Part shown: positions 63,243 through 64,000 of the stretch, piece by piece
Layout: each line of letters opens with the position of its first letter
Position numbering within the stretch: position 1 is the stretch's first letter
Assembly (NCBI GenBank): GCA_039028615.1
Contig: JBCCHT010000019.1
Coordinates: 96,001 to 160,000, forward strand
DNA from: Myxococcota bacterium
Lineage (GTDB): Bacteria; Myxococcota_A; Polyangia; Nannocystales; Nannocystaceae
Length of the DNA: 64,000 nucleotides
Direction of reading: 5' to 3'
Notes under the pieces: generated by a model
Told to the model about the DNA's origin: nothing
Databases searched by the model: none
The model's input: the letters and a program-made list of their open reading frames with translations, nothing else
Program-made: the position numbers and the translations under genes

Positions 63243-64000
63243 GTGGCGATCCATATCCATAGCAAGAGCGAGCTCGAGAAGATGCGTGCATCCGGGCGTC
63301 TGGCGGCCCGGGTCCTCGACTTCATCGAGCCCTATGTCAAACCGGGGGTCACCACCGACGAGCTCGATCGCCGCTGCGCCGACTTCACGCGCGAGCACGA
63401 TGCGATCTCCGCCCCGCTGAACTACAAGGGCTTCCCCAAGTCGATCTGCACCTCGATCAACGAGGTCGTGTGTCACGGGATCCCCAGCTCGCGGACCCTC
63501 CAAGAGGGCGACATCATCAACATCGACATCACCACCATCCTCGATGGCTTCCACGGGGATACGTCGGAGATGTTCGAGGTCGGTGAGGTGAGCGACAAGG
63601 CCAAGAAGCTCATCGACACCGCGCGCCGCTCGATGTGGCTGGGCATCAAAGAGGTCGCGGCCGGCAAGCGCGTCGGCGACATCGGGGCCGCCATCCAGGC
63701 CTTCGCCCGCGACGAGCGAGGCTACGGCGTGGTCGAGGCGTTTTGTGGGCACGGCATCGGCCGGGTCTTCCACACCGCCCCGCAGATCGCCCACACCGGT
63801 CGCCGGGGCACGGGCAAGCGCATGAAGGCCGGCATGACCTTCACCATCGAGCCCATGATCAACGAAGGCACGCACGAGTGCCGCGTCCTCGAAGACGGCT
63901 GGACCGCCGTCACCCGCGACGGGGGCCTGTCCGCGCAGACCGAGCACACCATCGCCGTCACCGACAACGGCTACGAAGTGCTCACCATGCGTGACAACGC
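63243..64000 (+). CDS. map: Type I methionine aminopeptidase (runs off window end; not in ORF track)
   Basis: Manual translation: YKGFPKSICTSINEVVCHGIP, NIDIT, HGDTS, GHGIG, TIEPMIN, SAQTEHT. Confidence 0.95.
   Translation, partial: MAIHIHSKSELEKMRASGRLAARVLDFIEPYVKPGVTTDELDRRCADFTREHDAISAPLNYKGFPKSICTSINEVVCHGIPSSRTLQEGDIINIDITTILDGFHGDTSEMFEVGEVSDKAKKLIDTARRSMWLGIKEVAAGKRVGDIGAAIQAFARDERGYGVVEAFCGHGIGRVFHTAPQIAHTGRRGTGKRMKAGMTFTIEPMINEGTHECRVLEDGWTAVTRDGGLSAQTEHTIAVTDNGYEVLTMRDN

Overview
High-GC (~70%) bacterial chromosomal window that looks like Myxococcota, probably Nannocystales. This is inferred from the Ser/Thr kinase-TPR proteins, myxobacterial ECF sigma factors and many lipoproteins. 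About 55 densely packed CDSs are present. Housekeeping genes: pcrA/uvrD, speD, modABC, gpmI, argS, metK, hisD, hisC and map (truncated). Accessory genes include a reprolysin protease with three somatomedin-B domains, an MMPL+LolA pair, a sterol desaturase, a DUF4123 protein, an orphan tail sheath and a standalone SIR2. No rRNA, canonical tRNA, CRISPR array or transposase was seen. Two non-coding signals stand out. (1) A low-GC, heavily base-paired ~560-nt minus-strand region (about 60340 to 59785), convergent with the SIR2 gene, ends in a non-canonical tRNA-like cloverleaf; it is a candidate large structured ncRNA. (2) A small protein divergent from the DUF4123 gene ends PFCEE-TGA where the familiar motif is PFCEEC, and a SECIS-like hairpin starts 11 nt downstream; it is a candidate selenoprotein. 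All family calls come from motif recognition by eye; no searches or folding programs were run.
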